A stretch of 64,000 bases of DNA from Anaerolineae bacterium (lineage in GTDB: Bacteria; Chloroflexota; Anaerolineae; JAAYZQ01). Below the pieces are notes generated by a model. The model was given only the letters and a program-made list of their open reading frames with translations. It was not told the origin of the DNA and did not search any database. Of the stretch, positions 45,152 through 54,094 are shown piece after piece (position 1 is the first letter of the stretch; the number at the start of each line of letters is the position of its first letter). The stretch spans positions 117,626-181,625 of the forward strand of contig DAOQVR010000002.1 of assembly GCA_035341665.1 (NCBI GenBank), read 5' to 3'. The position numbers and the translations under genes are program-made.

Positions 45152-46189
45152 ATGGACCTTCGCAGCCAGATCTGCCGCATGCCCAAGGTGGAGCTTCATG
45201 TCCACCTTGAGGGCAGCATTCGCCCGGCGACACTTTTGGCACTCGCGGCGCGGAACAACGTGACACCGCCAGCCACCGATCTCGAAGGGCTGCGCCGCTT
45301 TTACCGCTTTACCGACTTCCCCCACTTCATCCGGGTCTATCTGACCATCTCACGCTGCCTCAGAACGGCTGACGACTTTGACCTGATCGCCTACGAGTTC
45401 GGCGCCGACATGCACCGCCAGGCCATCCGCTACGCCGAGGTGACCTTCACGCCCTTCACCAACGTGTCCAACACCAGGCTGCCCTTTGACGAGATCCTCG
45501 CCGGGCTCAACGCCGGGCGGGCGCGGGCCAGGGCCGATTTCGGCGTCGAGTTCGCCTGGGTGCTGGACATCAGCCGTGACGTGCCCGAATCGCGCCACCA
45601 GGTGGCCGAATGGGCCATCGCCGGGATGGACCGCGGGGTGGTCGCCTTCGGGTTGGGTGGGTCGGAAAAGCCCTTTCCCCCCGATGGGTACGGCGATGCC
45701 TTTGCCGTGGCGCGGGCGGCCGGCCTGCACAGCGTGCCCCACGCCGGAGAGGTGGCTGGGCCAGAATCGGTGTGGGGTGCCCTGCGGGCGCTGGGCGCGG
45801 AGCGGCTCGGGCACGGCGTGCGGAGCATCGAAGACGACACCCTCCTGGCCCACTTGCGCGAGCGCCAGATTCCTCTGGAGGTCTGCCCGACCAGCAACCT
45901 CTGCCTGGGCGTCTACCCCAGCTACGAGGCGCATCCCCTCCGCCACCTGTGGGACGGAGGCCTCTTCGTAACCGTCAACTCGGACGACCCGCCGATGTTC
46001 GAGACCGACCTGGTGAGCGAGTACCAGGCCCTCGCCGACCACATGGGCTTCACTCTCGCCGAGCTCGAGCAGCTCAGCCTGAACGCCCTGCAAGCCAGCT
46101 TCCTGCCACCCGGGCGCAAAGCGTCGATGGAGCGCGAGTTCCGGCTGGAATTCGAGCAGCTGGCCGCCCCACCGGACTCCCGATTTTGA
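45152..46189 (+). CDS. add: Adenosine deaminase
   Basis: LPKVELHVHLEGS, HAGE and SDDP motifs. Confidence 0.9.
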   Translation: MDLRSQICRMPKVELHVHLEGSIRPATLLALAARNNVTPPATDLEGLRRFYRFTDFPHFIRVYLTISRCLRTADDFDLIAYEFGADMHRQAIRYAEVTFTPFTNVSNTRLPFDEILAGLNAGRARARADFGVEFAWVLDISRDVPESRHQVAEWAIAGMDRGVVAFGLGGSEKPFPPDGYGDAFAVARAAGLHSVPHAGEVAGPESVWGALRALGAERLGHGVRSIEDDTLLAHLRERQIPLEVCPTSNLCLGVYPSYEAHPLRHLWDGGLFVTVNSDDPPMFETDLVSEYQALADHMGFTLAELEQLSLNALQASFLPPGRKASMEREFRLEFEQLAAPPDSRF

Positions 46190-46214
46190 CATGCTCCGCG
46201 AGCTGCGGTACACT
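46186..46214 (+). promoter_or_regulatory. sigma70-type promoter for the tRNA cluster
   Basis: TTGACA, 17 nt, TACACT. Overlaps the add stop codon. Confidence 0.55.
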
Positions 46215-46223
46215 GAGCTCAGT

Positions 46224-46296
46224 GCCGCGGTAGCTCAGTTGGTAGAGCAATTGACTGAAAATCAATGGGTCCCCAGTTCAAGTCTGGGCTGCGGCA
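46224..46296 (+). tRNA. tRNA-Phe (GAA)
   Basis: GCCGCGG acceptor, anticodon loop CTGAAAA, T-loop TTCAAGT. Confidence 0.9.
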
Positions 46297-46321
46297 CCTG
46301 GTAACAATCGATCGGCATTCT

Positions 46322-46393
46322 GCGGGCGTGGCTCAGTGGTAGAGCATCTCCTTGCCAAGGAGAGAGTCGTGGGTTCGAATCCCATCGCCCGCT
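46322..46393 (+). tRNA. tRNA-Gly (GCC)
   Basis: GCGGGCG acceptor, anticodon loop TTGCCAA, T-loop TTCGAAT. Confidence 0.9.
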
Positions 46394-46405
46394 CTGTTTT
46401 TTGGC

Positions 46406-46477
46406 GGCGACGTAGCCAAGTGGCAAGGCAGCGGTCTGCAAAACCGCGATTCACGGGTTCAAATCCCGTCGTCGCCT
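46406..46477 (+). tRNA. tRNA-Cys (GCA)
   Basis: GGCGACG acceptor, anticodon loop CTGCAAA, discriminator U. Confidence 0.9.
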
Positions 46478-46526
46478 CTCGACAAACCGGCTGGTAGCGG
46501 GCGCTATCAGCCGCTTTTCATCTTGC

Positions 46527-46607
46527 GGGGCGGTGGCGAAACGGCAGACGCTGCGGACTTAAAATCCGCTGGGGCATCCCATGTGGGTTCGAATCCCACC
46601 CGCCCTA
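46527..46607 (+). tRNA. tRNA-Leu (TAA), class II with long variable arm
   Basis: TGGCGAAACGGCAGACGC D-arm, anticodon loop CTTAAAA, variable arm TGGGGCATCCCATG. G1-U72 wobble at the top of the acceptor stem. Confidence 0.8.
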
Positions 46608-46666
46608 CTGAGCCGCAGCCCACCGGCCGCGCCCCCAGGCCCATTCCGGGATGGAATACCCCCTAT

Positions 46667-46695
46667 TTGACCCACGAGCGCAGCCCGCGTATCAT
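46667..46695 (+). promoter_or_regulatory. sigma70-type promoter for yedF-selD
   Basis: TTGACC, 17 nt, TATCAT. Confidence 0.5.
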
Positions 46696-46728
46696 GGCAA
46701 CACCGCTCGAGGTACAGGAGAGAAGGCA

Positions 46729-47325
46729 ATGGCTACGACCGTAGATGCCCGCGGCTTGGCCTGCCCGCAGCCGGTGACCCAGACACGCCGGGCGATGCAG
46801 CAGGCAGACCATGTCGTCACGTTGGTCGACAACGACGGCGCCGCGTCCAACGTCCGACACATGGCAGAGAGCGCTGGCTGGCGGGCCAATGTGACCCGGC
46901 AGGGCAGCGATCTGGCCGTCGAGCTCACGCGGCCGGGGCCCGGGCAGGAGGCCCGACTGGCTGGACAGGAGAGTGCGCAAGTCCCGGCAGGGCCCCTGGT
47001 CCTGGCGGTATCGGGCGAGAAGATGGGTCGCGGCAGCGCAGAGCTGGGCCAAATCCTGGTTCGCAGCTTCTTCCACACGCTGACCGAGGTACAGCCGAGG
47101 CCCAACCGTGTGATCCTCTTCAACGCGGGGGTCAGGCTGGCCTGTGCGGGCTCTCCGGTCCTCGACGACCTGCACGCCTTGGAGGCAGAAGGGGTAGAGA
47201 TCCTGGCGTGTGGGACCTGTTTGGGCTACCTGGACCTGAAGGAAAAGCTGGCAGTGGGGCGCATCTCCAACATGTACGAAATCGCCGAGTCCTTGCTCAA
47301 CGCCGGCAGAGTCATCCACCTATAG
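46729..47325 (+). CDS. yedF: Sulfurtransferase-like selenium metabolism protein YedF (TusA-like plus DsrE-like)
   Basis: DARGLACPQPV (CPxP) N-domain, DsrE-like C-domain ending ..ILACGTCL... Directly upstream of selD. Confidence 0.75.
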   Translation: MATTVDARGLACPQPVTQTRRAMQQADHVVTLVDNDGAASNVRHMAESAGWRANVTRQGSDLAVELTRPGPGQEARLAGQESAQVPAGPLVLAVSGEKMGRGSAELGQILVRSFFHTLTEVQPRPNRVILFNAGVRLACAGSPVLDDLHALEAEGVEILACGTCLGYLDLKEKLAVGRISNMYEIAESLLNAGRVIHL

Positions 47326-47346
47326 CGATCAAGAGTGAGGAGAAGC

Positions 47347-48408
47347 ATGTCCATCGACTGGACCCACGTCCGGCTCACCACACTGTCTAGCTGCGCGGGC
47401 TGAGCGTCCAAGAGGTCGGCTGGCGACCTGGCGCAGGTACTGCGCCCTCTGAAAGAAATCTTTCGCGAAGAGCACTTCCCCGACCTGCTCGTCGGGCTCA
47501 ACGCGCCCGACGATGCGGCCGTGCTGCGGGTGAGCGAGGAGCGGGCGCTCATCTTCACCCTGGACTTTTTCACGCCGGTGGTGGACGACCCCCGCACCTA
47601 CGGAGCGGTGGCGGCGGCCAACTCGATGAGCGATGTCTATGCGATGGGTGGCGATGTGCTGCTGGCGCTGAGCATCGCCGCTTTTCCACCGCAGCTTCCG
47701 GCGGAGGCTGTCAGCGAGATCCTGCGCGGCGCGGCCGAAAAGGTCGCCGAGGCCGGCGGGGTGATCGCGGGTGGCCACACTATCGACGACAAGGAGCCCA
47801 AGTTCGGGCTGGCAGTCGTGGGCAGTGCCCATCCTGACCGGCTCATCCGAAAGGGAGGCGCCCACCCCGGCGACATCCTCCTCCTGACCAAGCCGCTCGG
47901 CACCGGGCTCATCACAACGGCGGCCAAAGGCGACGCGGCCGATCCAGCCGACCTCCAGGCGGCAGTTGATTCGATGCTACGCCTGAACCGGCGCGCCGCC
48001 GAGATCACCCGCCGGGTTCAGGTACACGCCATGACCGACGTGACGGGCTTTTCACTGCTGGGCCACGCCTGTGAGATGGCAGGCCAGAGTGGCGTCGGCC
48101 TGCGCTTCCGGCTCGACGCGCTGCCCTTCCTGCCGGGCGTCGACCGCTACGCCGGCGAGTGGCTCTTTCCGGGGGGCACCTCTAACAACCAGCGCGCCTT
48201 TGCCGGGGAGGTGTCGTTCGACGGACTCGACGACGAGAGGCAGGCGCTCCTCTTCACCCCCGAGACCAGTGGCGGCCTTTTGATCGCCCTATCGCCGGGC
48301 GACGCAGAACGCTACGAGGTCCTCATGCGCGAGGCCGGCGAGCAGGTATGGCGCGTGGGGGACGCGGTGCAGGAGACGGGCGTTCAGGTGCAGGCCGCGG
48401 CGCGGTAG
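47347..48408 (+). CDS. selD: Selenide, water dikinase (selenophosphate synthetase) with in-frame UGA (Sec) at codon 19
   Basis: GAGGAG RBS and ATG at 47347. MSIDWTHVRLTTLSSCAG-U-ASKRSAGDLAQVL reproduces the SelD active-site loop (G[CU]xxK). TGA at 47401-47403 is in frame with ORF 47521..48408, which carries the AIR-synthase-like SelD body. Confidence 0.8.
47404..47434 (+). promoter_or_regulatory. Candidate bacterial SECIS hairpin
   Basis: GCG(U)CC-AAG-AGGUCG-GCUGG-CGACCU-GGCGC bulged stem-loop starting 1 nt after the UGA. Apical loop about 18-22 nt downstream. Confidence 0.5.
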
Positions 48409-48429
48409 GGGGGACCGCCCCGCGCCGCG

Positions 48430-49041
48430 CTAGGCTGCCGGCTCCTCGAGGGGCAAGTCGCCCGCCTCCTCGTCCGGCTCGCCGCCGGACAGCATCTCGG
48501 CTGCCGGCTCTGGGAGCGCTGCTCGGCCCGCCTCCTTCAGGCGGGGCATCTCCTCCACCTCGACCGCCGGCAGCACCGTGGCCGGCTGGGTCTGGGTTGC
48601 GCCGCAGTAAGGACACAGACTCCACTTCAGGTGCAGCTGCCGGCCACACTCCAGGCACGGCTTCTTGAGGCGGGTGTGGCACGTGGGGCAGTAGAGGTAC
48701 TCCTCCTGGATGCTGCGGTTGCAGCCAGGGCATGCCAACCGCTCCTCGATCCCCTGCAGGAGCGCCTCCTCTTCCAGGGTACGCTCGTAGGTCTCGGCCA
48801 GCGTCTCGCGCGGCCGCAGGATCAGGTAGAGGATCAGGCCCGGGATGGGAAAGAGCGGGAAAAAGACCAGCACCAGCAGCGTCGCCAGCACCTGAGCAAA
48901 GATATCGCGCGAGCGCGCGCGGATGTCGCGGAAGGTCCAGATGACGGCGCTGATCCATGCCGCGGTCATGAATGCCGCCGTGATCGCCACAAAGAGAGCC
49001 AGGAAAGGCTGGATCTGGGCGAGAATCTTCTGAATATCCAT
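48430..49041 (-). CDS. Membrane protein with double zinc-ribbon domain
   Basis: Two N-terminal TM helices, CPGC..CPTC..CLEC..CPYC, acidic C-terminal tail. Confidence 0.65.
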   Translation of the reverse strand: MDIQKILAQIQPFLALFVAITAAFMTAAWISAVIWTFRDIRARSRDIFAQVLATLLVLVFFPLFPIPGLILYLILRPRETLAETYERTLEEEALLQGIEERLACPGCNRSIQEEYLYCPTCHTRLKKPCLECGRQLHLKWSLCPYCGATQTQPATVLPAVEVEEMPRLKEAGRAALPEPAAEMLSGGEPDEEAGDLPLEEPAA

Positions 49042-49237
49042 TCGGCTTACGGGCTCCTTGTCAAGCTTCGCGTGATTCTACCATCGAGTTCCGCGTTTGT
49101 CATTTTGCCGGTGCCTGGCGGATACTCCTGCCGCAAAGCTGCAAGGCCTCGTCCCGGGGGCATCTCCACACCAGATCGCAAGCCCACGAGGGAGCGCGCT
49201 GCAGCGTGCACGGCAGGCGTCGTCAAACGATACTCTC

Positions 49238-50926
49238 CTAAGGCGGCCGCCGGAGCCTGCCCAGGGCGGCCAGGTCGGGCACCGCCGTGATTGTGCCGCC
49301 GCCGATCGCCCACAGCCCGGTCGCCAAGCGCTCGATGAAGTAGCGGTCGTGCAGGATCGCCAGCACAGTCCCGTGGTAGGCCACCATCGCCTGCTCAAAG
49401 TGCTCGCGCGACGGCAGGTCTAGGTGGTTGATCGGCTCGTCGAGGATGAGCAGGTTGCACCCCATTGCCACCAGCCGCGCCAGGCCCAGCCGTGCGCGCT
49501 CGCCCAGGCTCAAGCTGCCGACCGGGCGCAGGGCATCGTCGCCCCCAAAGAGAAAGTAGTGCAGAAAGCTCCGTGCCTCTGTCTGGTCCATCGAGACCGC
49601 CGAGCGGATCACAGCGTAGGGGGTGCTGTCCGGGTCGAGCTGCTCCTGCTCTTGGGCATAATAGCCGGCACGCACCCCGGTGCCGAGCTGCACGCGGCCC
49701 GCCAGCGGCTCCATCTCGCCCAGGATCAGGCGCGCCAGCGTCGTCTTGCCGGAGCCGTTCGGTCCCACGAGCGCAATCCGCTCGCCCGCCGGCAGCGTCA
49801 GATTCACCCCCTCAAAGAGCGCTCGCCCGCCAAACCCCATCCCAATATCCTCGAGCCGCAGCACCATGCGGCCGCCGGCCGGCGTGGCGCCGAACTCGAG
49901 GCGCATCTCCCAGCTGCGGTCCGGCTTGTCGATCCGCTCCTCCGAATCGAGCAGCCTGCGCAGTCGCTTCTGCTGCACGACGGCGCGGCGGGCGATCCCC
50001 TTCGCGATCTTGCGGGTGGCAAAGTTGATGGTGCCCTGCTCGATCGACCTGGCATAGCGCTTTTTGGCCGTGATGGTGCTCTCCAGCCGGCCTATGAACG
50101 CCTGCTGGTCGGCATAGGCGGCCCAGTGGCGCTGCCGTTCCCTCTCCTTCGCCGCCGCGTAGGAGGTATAGTCCCCGTCGTAGAGTGTGACGGCGTGGCT
50201 GTGGACGTCCATTTCCAGGATAGCGCCCACGGTACGGTCGAGGAAGGTTCGGTCGTGCGACACGACGAGCACTGCCCCGGCAAAGCCCTGTAGGAAACGC
50301 TCCAACCACTCCAGCGCCTCCATGTCGAGGTGGTTGGTTGGTTCGTCCAGCAGAAGCAGGGAGGGCTGCGCACGGCCGGCCGTCCCGTACGCAGAGAGGA
50401 GCAGCCGCGCCAGCCCAAGCCTCGTCTTTTCGCCTCCGCTCAGGCGGTCCACCGGCGTCTCCCGCCCCAGGCGCCCCAGGCCCAGCCCGTCGAGCACCTC
50501 CTCGCCGCGCGCCGCCGCGCCGTAGCCACCCAGCCGCTCATACGCCTCCTGCGCCCGGCCATACTCGGCCAGAAGGCGGTCCAGCTCCCCGCCCGCCGCG
50601 GCCCCCATGCGTGCCGTGAGCCACTCCAACAGGCGTTCGGCGTCCGCCAGGCCTGCCACAGCCTCCGCCAATACGTGCCCCACCGTCTCGCCCGGCTCGA
50701 ACTCGAGCGCCTGCGCCAGGTAGCCCACCGGGAGGCCGGGAGGCGAGAAGGAGACGCTGCCGCCGTCGGGCGCGATCTGGCCGGCGATGATTCGCAGCAG
50801 CGTGGTCTTGCCGCAGCCGTTGGGCCCGACCAGGCCTGCGCGCTCGCCGTCGTTGAGGGTGAAGGAGACGCGCTCGAAGAGAAGCTCTCCGCCGAGCGAC
50901 TTCGAGACGCTGCTAAGCTGAAGCAT
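49238..50926 (-). CDS. ABC-F family ATPase (two ABC domains, no TM)
   Basis: GPNGCGKTT and GPNGSGKTT Walker A motifs, LSGGEKTRL and LSLGERARL signatures. Confidence 0.9.
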   Translation of the reverse strand: MLQLSSVSKSLGGELLFERVSFTLNDGERAGLVGPNGCGKTTLLRIIAGQIAPDGGSVSFSPPGLPVGYLAQALEFEPGETVGHVLAEAVAGLADAERLLEWLTARMGAAAGGELDRLLAEYGRAQEAYERLGGYGAAARGEEVLDGLGLGRLGRETPVDRLSGGEKTRLGLARLLLSAYGTAGRAQPSLLLLDEPTNHLDMEALEWLERFLQGFAGAVLVVSHDRTFLDRTVGAILEMDVHSHAVTLYDGDYTSYAAAKERERQRHWAAYADQQAFIGRLESTITAKKRYARSIEQGTINFATRKIAKGIARRAVVQQKRLRRLLDSEERIDKPDRSWEMRLEFGATPAGGRMVLRLEDIGMGFGGRALFEGVNLTLPAGERIALVGPNGSGKTTLARLILGEMEPLAGRVQLGTGVRAGYYAQEQEQLDPDSTPYAVIRSAVSMDQTEARSFLHYFLFGGDDALRPVGSLSLGERARLGLARLVAMGCNLLILDEPINHLDLPSREHFEQAMVAYHGTVLAILHDRYFIERLATGLWAIGGGTITAVPDLAALGRLRRPP

Positions 50927-51866
50927 ATCCGGTGACGATCAGCTCAATGACCTTGCCGCGCCGCGCCCCGTTCGAGTTGATGGCGCGTCCGGCCTGCACG
51001 CGGTGCAGCCGGAAGGGAGGTGCCCCGTACAGCGCGCGCACCAGTTCGGTGTCCGAGTTCGAGAGCAGGACGTGCACGCCGCGGCGGGCCAGCTCGGCGC
51101 AGACGTCGCGCAGCCGCGCCTGGTCGGCTGGCGAAAAGCCGCCCGGCTGGTAGGCGGTGAAGCAGGCCGTCGCCGAGAGCGGCGCGTACGGCGGGTCGAA
51201 GTAAACCAGGTCGCCGTGCGCGGCCCGCTCCAGCACCGACTCAAAGGGCGCACAGCGGATGTCGATCCCCTTCAGCGCAGCCGACACCGCACGGAGATTC
51301 TCCGCGTCGCAGTACCGGGGCGACCGGTAGCGCCCAAAGGGCACGTTGAACTGCCCTCGCCGGTTCACGCGATAGAGGCCGTTGTAGCCGGTCTTGTTGA
51401 GGTAGATGGTGCGCGCCGCCCGCGCCATCAGGTCGAGCGCCGCCGGGTCCTTGGCACGCAGCGCGTAATAGAACTCGGCGTTGTGGGGGTAGCCGGCCAG
51501 CAGTGCCACCAGCGCCTCGGGGTGATCGCGGACCGCCAGGTAGGCATCGACCAGCTCCCCGTTCGAGTCGGAGAGATGAGCGCTCCCCGGCAGGCCCTGC
51601 CGCAGCAGCCGGAAGAAGAGCGCCCCGCTTCCGACAAAGGGCTCAAAATAGCTGCCAAAGGCGGCTGGAGCCCGCCGCAACAGCTCCTCTGCCAGCCCGG
51701 CTTTGCCGCCTGCCCACTTCAGGAACGGCCGGGGCAGCTGTCGGGAGCCGCCCTCCAGCCCGGCCGCTCCCCCGCTGCGTCGCGCCCAGGCCGCGGCCCG
51801 GGGTGGCTCCGGCACGTTTTGCACATTCACGCCGATGAGTATACCATTGCCGGAGGGGGAGGGCAA
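50913..51866 (-). CDS. Dam-family DNA N6-adenine methyltransferase; N-terminus probably shorter than the ORF
   Basis: [18 protein letters not shown] (motif I) and DPPY (motif IV). Its 3' end overlaps the ABC-F start by 14 nt. Confidence 0.8.
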   Translation of the reverse strand: MPSPSGNGILIGVNVQNVPEPPRAAAWARRSGGAAGLEGGSRQLPRPFLKWAGGKAGLAEELLRRAPAAFGSYFEPFVGSGALFFRLLRQGLPGSAHLSDSNGELVDAYLAVRDHPEALVALLAGYPHNAEFYYALRAKDPAALDLMARAARTIYLNKTGYNGLYRVNRRGQFNVPFGRYRSPRYCDAENLRAVSAALKGIDIRCAPFESVLERAAHGDLVYFDPPYAPLSATACFTAYQPGGFSPADQARLRDVCAELARRGVHVLLSNSDTELVRALYGAPPFRLHRVQAGRAINSNGARRGKVIELIVTGYASA

Positions 51867-51877
51867 GCAGCGCCGTC

Positions 51878-52723
51878 ATGGGCCTGATCTTCAAGCTGGA
51901 CGACTACCCCGGCTACCTGGAGCGGGTCGGCGGCGCCGCCTACGTCGACCTGACGCGGCGCACCGACCCGGCGCGCATCCCCGAGGTGTGGGACAACCTG
52001 CGGGCCGTCGTCGAGGCCTATGGGGCGCCCTGGATCGTGCAGGTATGGACCAAGGACGCGGCCGGCACCCTCGCCCACGGCCGCCGGTTGCTCGAGCGCC
52101 TCGCCGACGCCGGAACAGCGCTCGCCGCGCAAGTGACGGTGACCGGGCTGGGCAGCACAGCCTGGGAGCCGCTCGTGCCCGCCGAGCCCTTTGCCGGCGT
52201 GGCAGAGATGGCCGCGCTCGTCGGCGGACCGGAGCACGTGTGCTGGCGCTTTGACCCGGTCATACCAGGCGTCAGCCGCCTGGATACCTTTCAGCGCCTG
52301 GCCGCCCGCGCCGCCGCGCTCGGCATCCGCCGCGGCGTGGTCAACTTCCTTGCGCCGCCGGGCCGCTATGCCCGCGTCGACGCCCGGCTGGCAAGCCTGC
52401 TGCCCGGCTGGCGCGAGGGCATGCCCGGCTACGACCTCGACTGGCAGGCGCAAATGGCGGTCAAGTTGGTCCGCGCCGCCTGCGATGCGGGGATCGAGCT
52501 CGCGGCGTGCGCCGAATCCTCTGGCCTGCCCGCCCTCGTGCCGGGGCTCAGAGCGTCTGCCTGCGGCGACCATGCCTGGTTCGTCGCGCTGTCGGGCCGC
52601 GACCCCGGGCGCGCACGCGGCTCCGCCAGCCGACGCGGCTGCGGCTGCGCGGCCTACTTCGATGCCGGCTGCTACGGTCGGTGGGCACGGTGCCACCGCT
52701 GCGCCTACTGCTACGCCGGGTAG
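51878..52723 (+). CDS. DUF1848 domain protein
   Basis: Length and the C-terminal Cys cluster GCGC..YFD.GCY...RC..C.YCYA match my recollection of DUF1848. Confidence 0.6.
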   Translation: MGLIFKLDDYPGYLERVGGAAYVDLTRRTDPARIPEVWDNLRAVVEAYGAPWIVQVWTKDAAGTLAHGRRLLERLADAGTALAAQVTVTGLGSTAWEPLVPAEPFAGVAEMAALVGGPEHVCWRFDPVIPGVSRLDTFQRLAARAAALGIRRGVVNFLAPPGRYARVDARLASLLPGWREGMPGYDLDWQAQMAVKLVRAACDAGIELAACAESSGLPALVPGLRASACGDHAWFVALSGRDPGRARGSASRRGCGCAAYFDAGCYGRWARCHRCAYCYAG

Positions 52724-54084
52724 GGCGGGACCTTTACCTCCACGTAGCGGACCGACGCCCCGGCTGCCTGGGGCTCCAGGTCGGTGCGCTGCGGTTGGCT
52801 CGCCTGCCGCAGCTCTTCCTCCGGCGCATTCGGGTAGACGCGCCCGTTCTGCGCCAGCTGCCCGAGCACCTTAAGGAGCGGGGGGTATGGCACGGGGAAC
52901 TCGTCGCCGTGCTTGCCCGGTACCGTGGACACCACCACTTGCGTCCGCTCGGGCGACACCATCATGCGCAGCTTGTCCTCGCCCCCTTCCCGGAAGGGCG
53001 TGCCGTTGTGGCTCCCGTGGTGCGCCACCTTGAGGAAATCGAGCGGCTGGAGCAGGAGGCCCGCCACCTCCGGGTGGTGGAGCATCACGTCCCACGTGGA
53101 GTTGCGCCGCCCCAACTCCACGCCGCTGCCCTGCCACTCGGCGTCCCCCGCAAAGAGGAGCCGCCTCTTGCGCCACTCCAGCAGCAACACCACGCTGGTG
53201 TTGTTCTTGAGCGCGTCGTCCTCCTGCGAAAAGGCGAGTGCCATCGTCGCCAGCCGGCCCCGCAGGATCCGAAAGTCCCGCTCGCTGATGTTGGCTGGCC
53301 GCGCCGGCTCCACATCGCCCGTCGCGGCACCCGGCAGGGCGGCGGGCGATGCGCCTGCATCGGCCGGCTGCCGCCCCACCAGCGCGCTGCCCGGCAGTAG
53401 GTCCCGGCCCAGGTAGTACTTGTCCACGTTCCACTCGGGTGCCAGCACGCGCAGGCAGGTACCCTCCTCCCGAAAGCCCCGAAACCGGGTGGTGTCCTGG
53501 TCCCGGTCGAGCGCGTAGTCCCGTCGCTTGGCCTGGGTCAGCTTGGGCGCCAGGTCGCGCGCCACGTACAGAGGGTAGGCGGGCTGGATGCCGCCAGACT
53601 GCGCCAGCTCCTCGCGCAGGGCCCGCAGGGCGCCGGGGTTGTTGATGCTCCAGGTCGACCTCTCCATCAGCGCCTGGGCGGCGGGCGCCAGGGCCGCGCC
53701 ATACTGGGCAGCGGCCATGGCGCAGGCAGCCGCCATCTCCTGCAGGGCGTGCGCCTTCTCGGCCTGCGGATGGTCGTCGTCCATGAATACGGACAGCCAG
53801 ATGCGCCGGATGTGGGCGCCTGCCAGCCACGCGGGGTTGAAGCCCTTGATGTGGTCGGCGTGGGGATGCGTGACCACCAGCAGGTCGAGCTGCCGCTTGC
53901 CGTCCTCCAGCGGCAGCATCGAGAGGACGTCGTCCAGGGCCGGCTTGAGGATCGATCCAGCCGCCGACGTTCCGCAGTCGATCAGCATGTGGAAAGCCGT
54001 GCCCTCGCCGTCCGGGATCTGGACGTAGACACAGTCGCCGAATCCAACGTCGTAGCTGCGCACCACAATCGGCCTGTCGTCCAT
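52711..54084 (-). CDS. MBL-fold metallo-hydrolase, ComEC/Rec2-like lactamase_B domain (457 aa)
   Basis: Start at MDDRPIVV after a GAGGTAGG RBS. VTHPHADH (HxHxDH), GDAEW and KVAHHGSHNG motifs. No signal peptide. Confidence 0.7.
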   Translation of the reverse strand: MDDRPIVVRSYDVGFGDCVYVQIPDGEGTAFHMLIDCGTSAAGSILKPALDDVLSMLPLEDGKRQLDLLVVTHPHADHIKGFNPAWLAGAHIRRIWLSVFMDDDHPQAEKAHALQEMAAACAMAAAQYGAALAPAAQALMERSTWSINNPGALRALREELAQSGGIQPAYPLYVARDLAPKLTQAKRRDYALDRDQDTTRFRGFREEGTCLRVLAPEWNVDKYYLGRDLLPGSALVGRQPADAGASPAALPGAATGDVEPARPANISERDFRILRGRLATMALAFSQEDDALKNNTSVVLLLEWRKRRLLFAGDAEWQGSGVELGRRNSTWDVMLHHPEVAGLLLQPLDFLKVAHHGSHNGTPFREGGEDKLRMMVSPERTQVVVSTVPGKHGDEFPVPYPPLLKVLGQLAQNGRVYPNAPEEELRQASQPQRTDLEPQAAGASVRYVEVKVPPYPA

Positions 54085-54094
54085 GCAGCCTACC

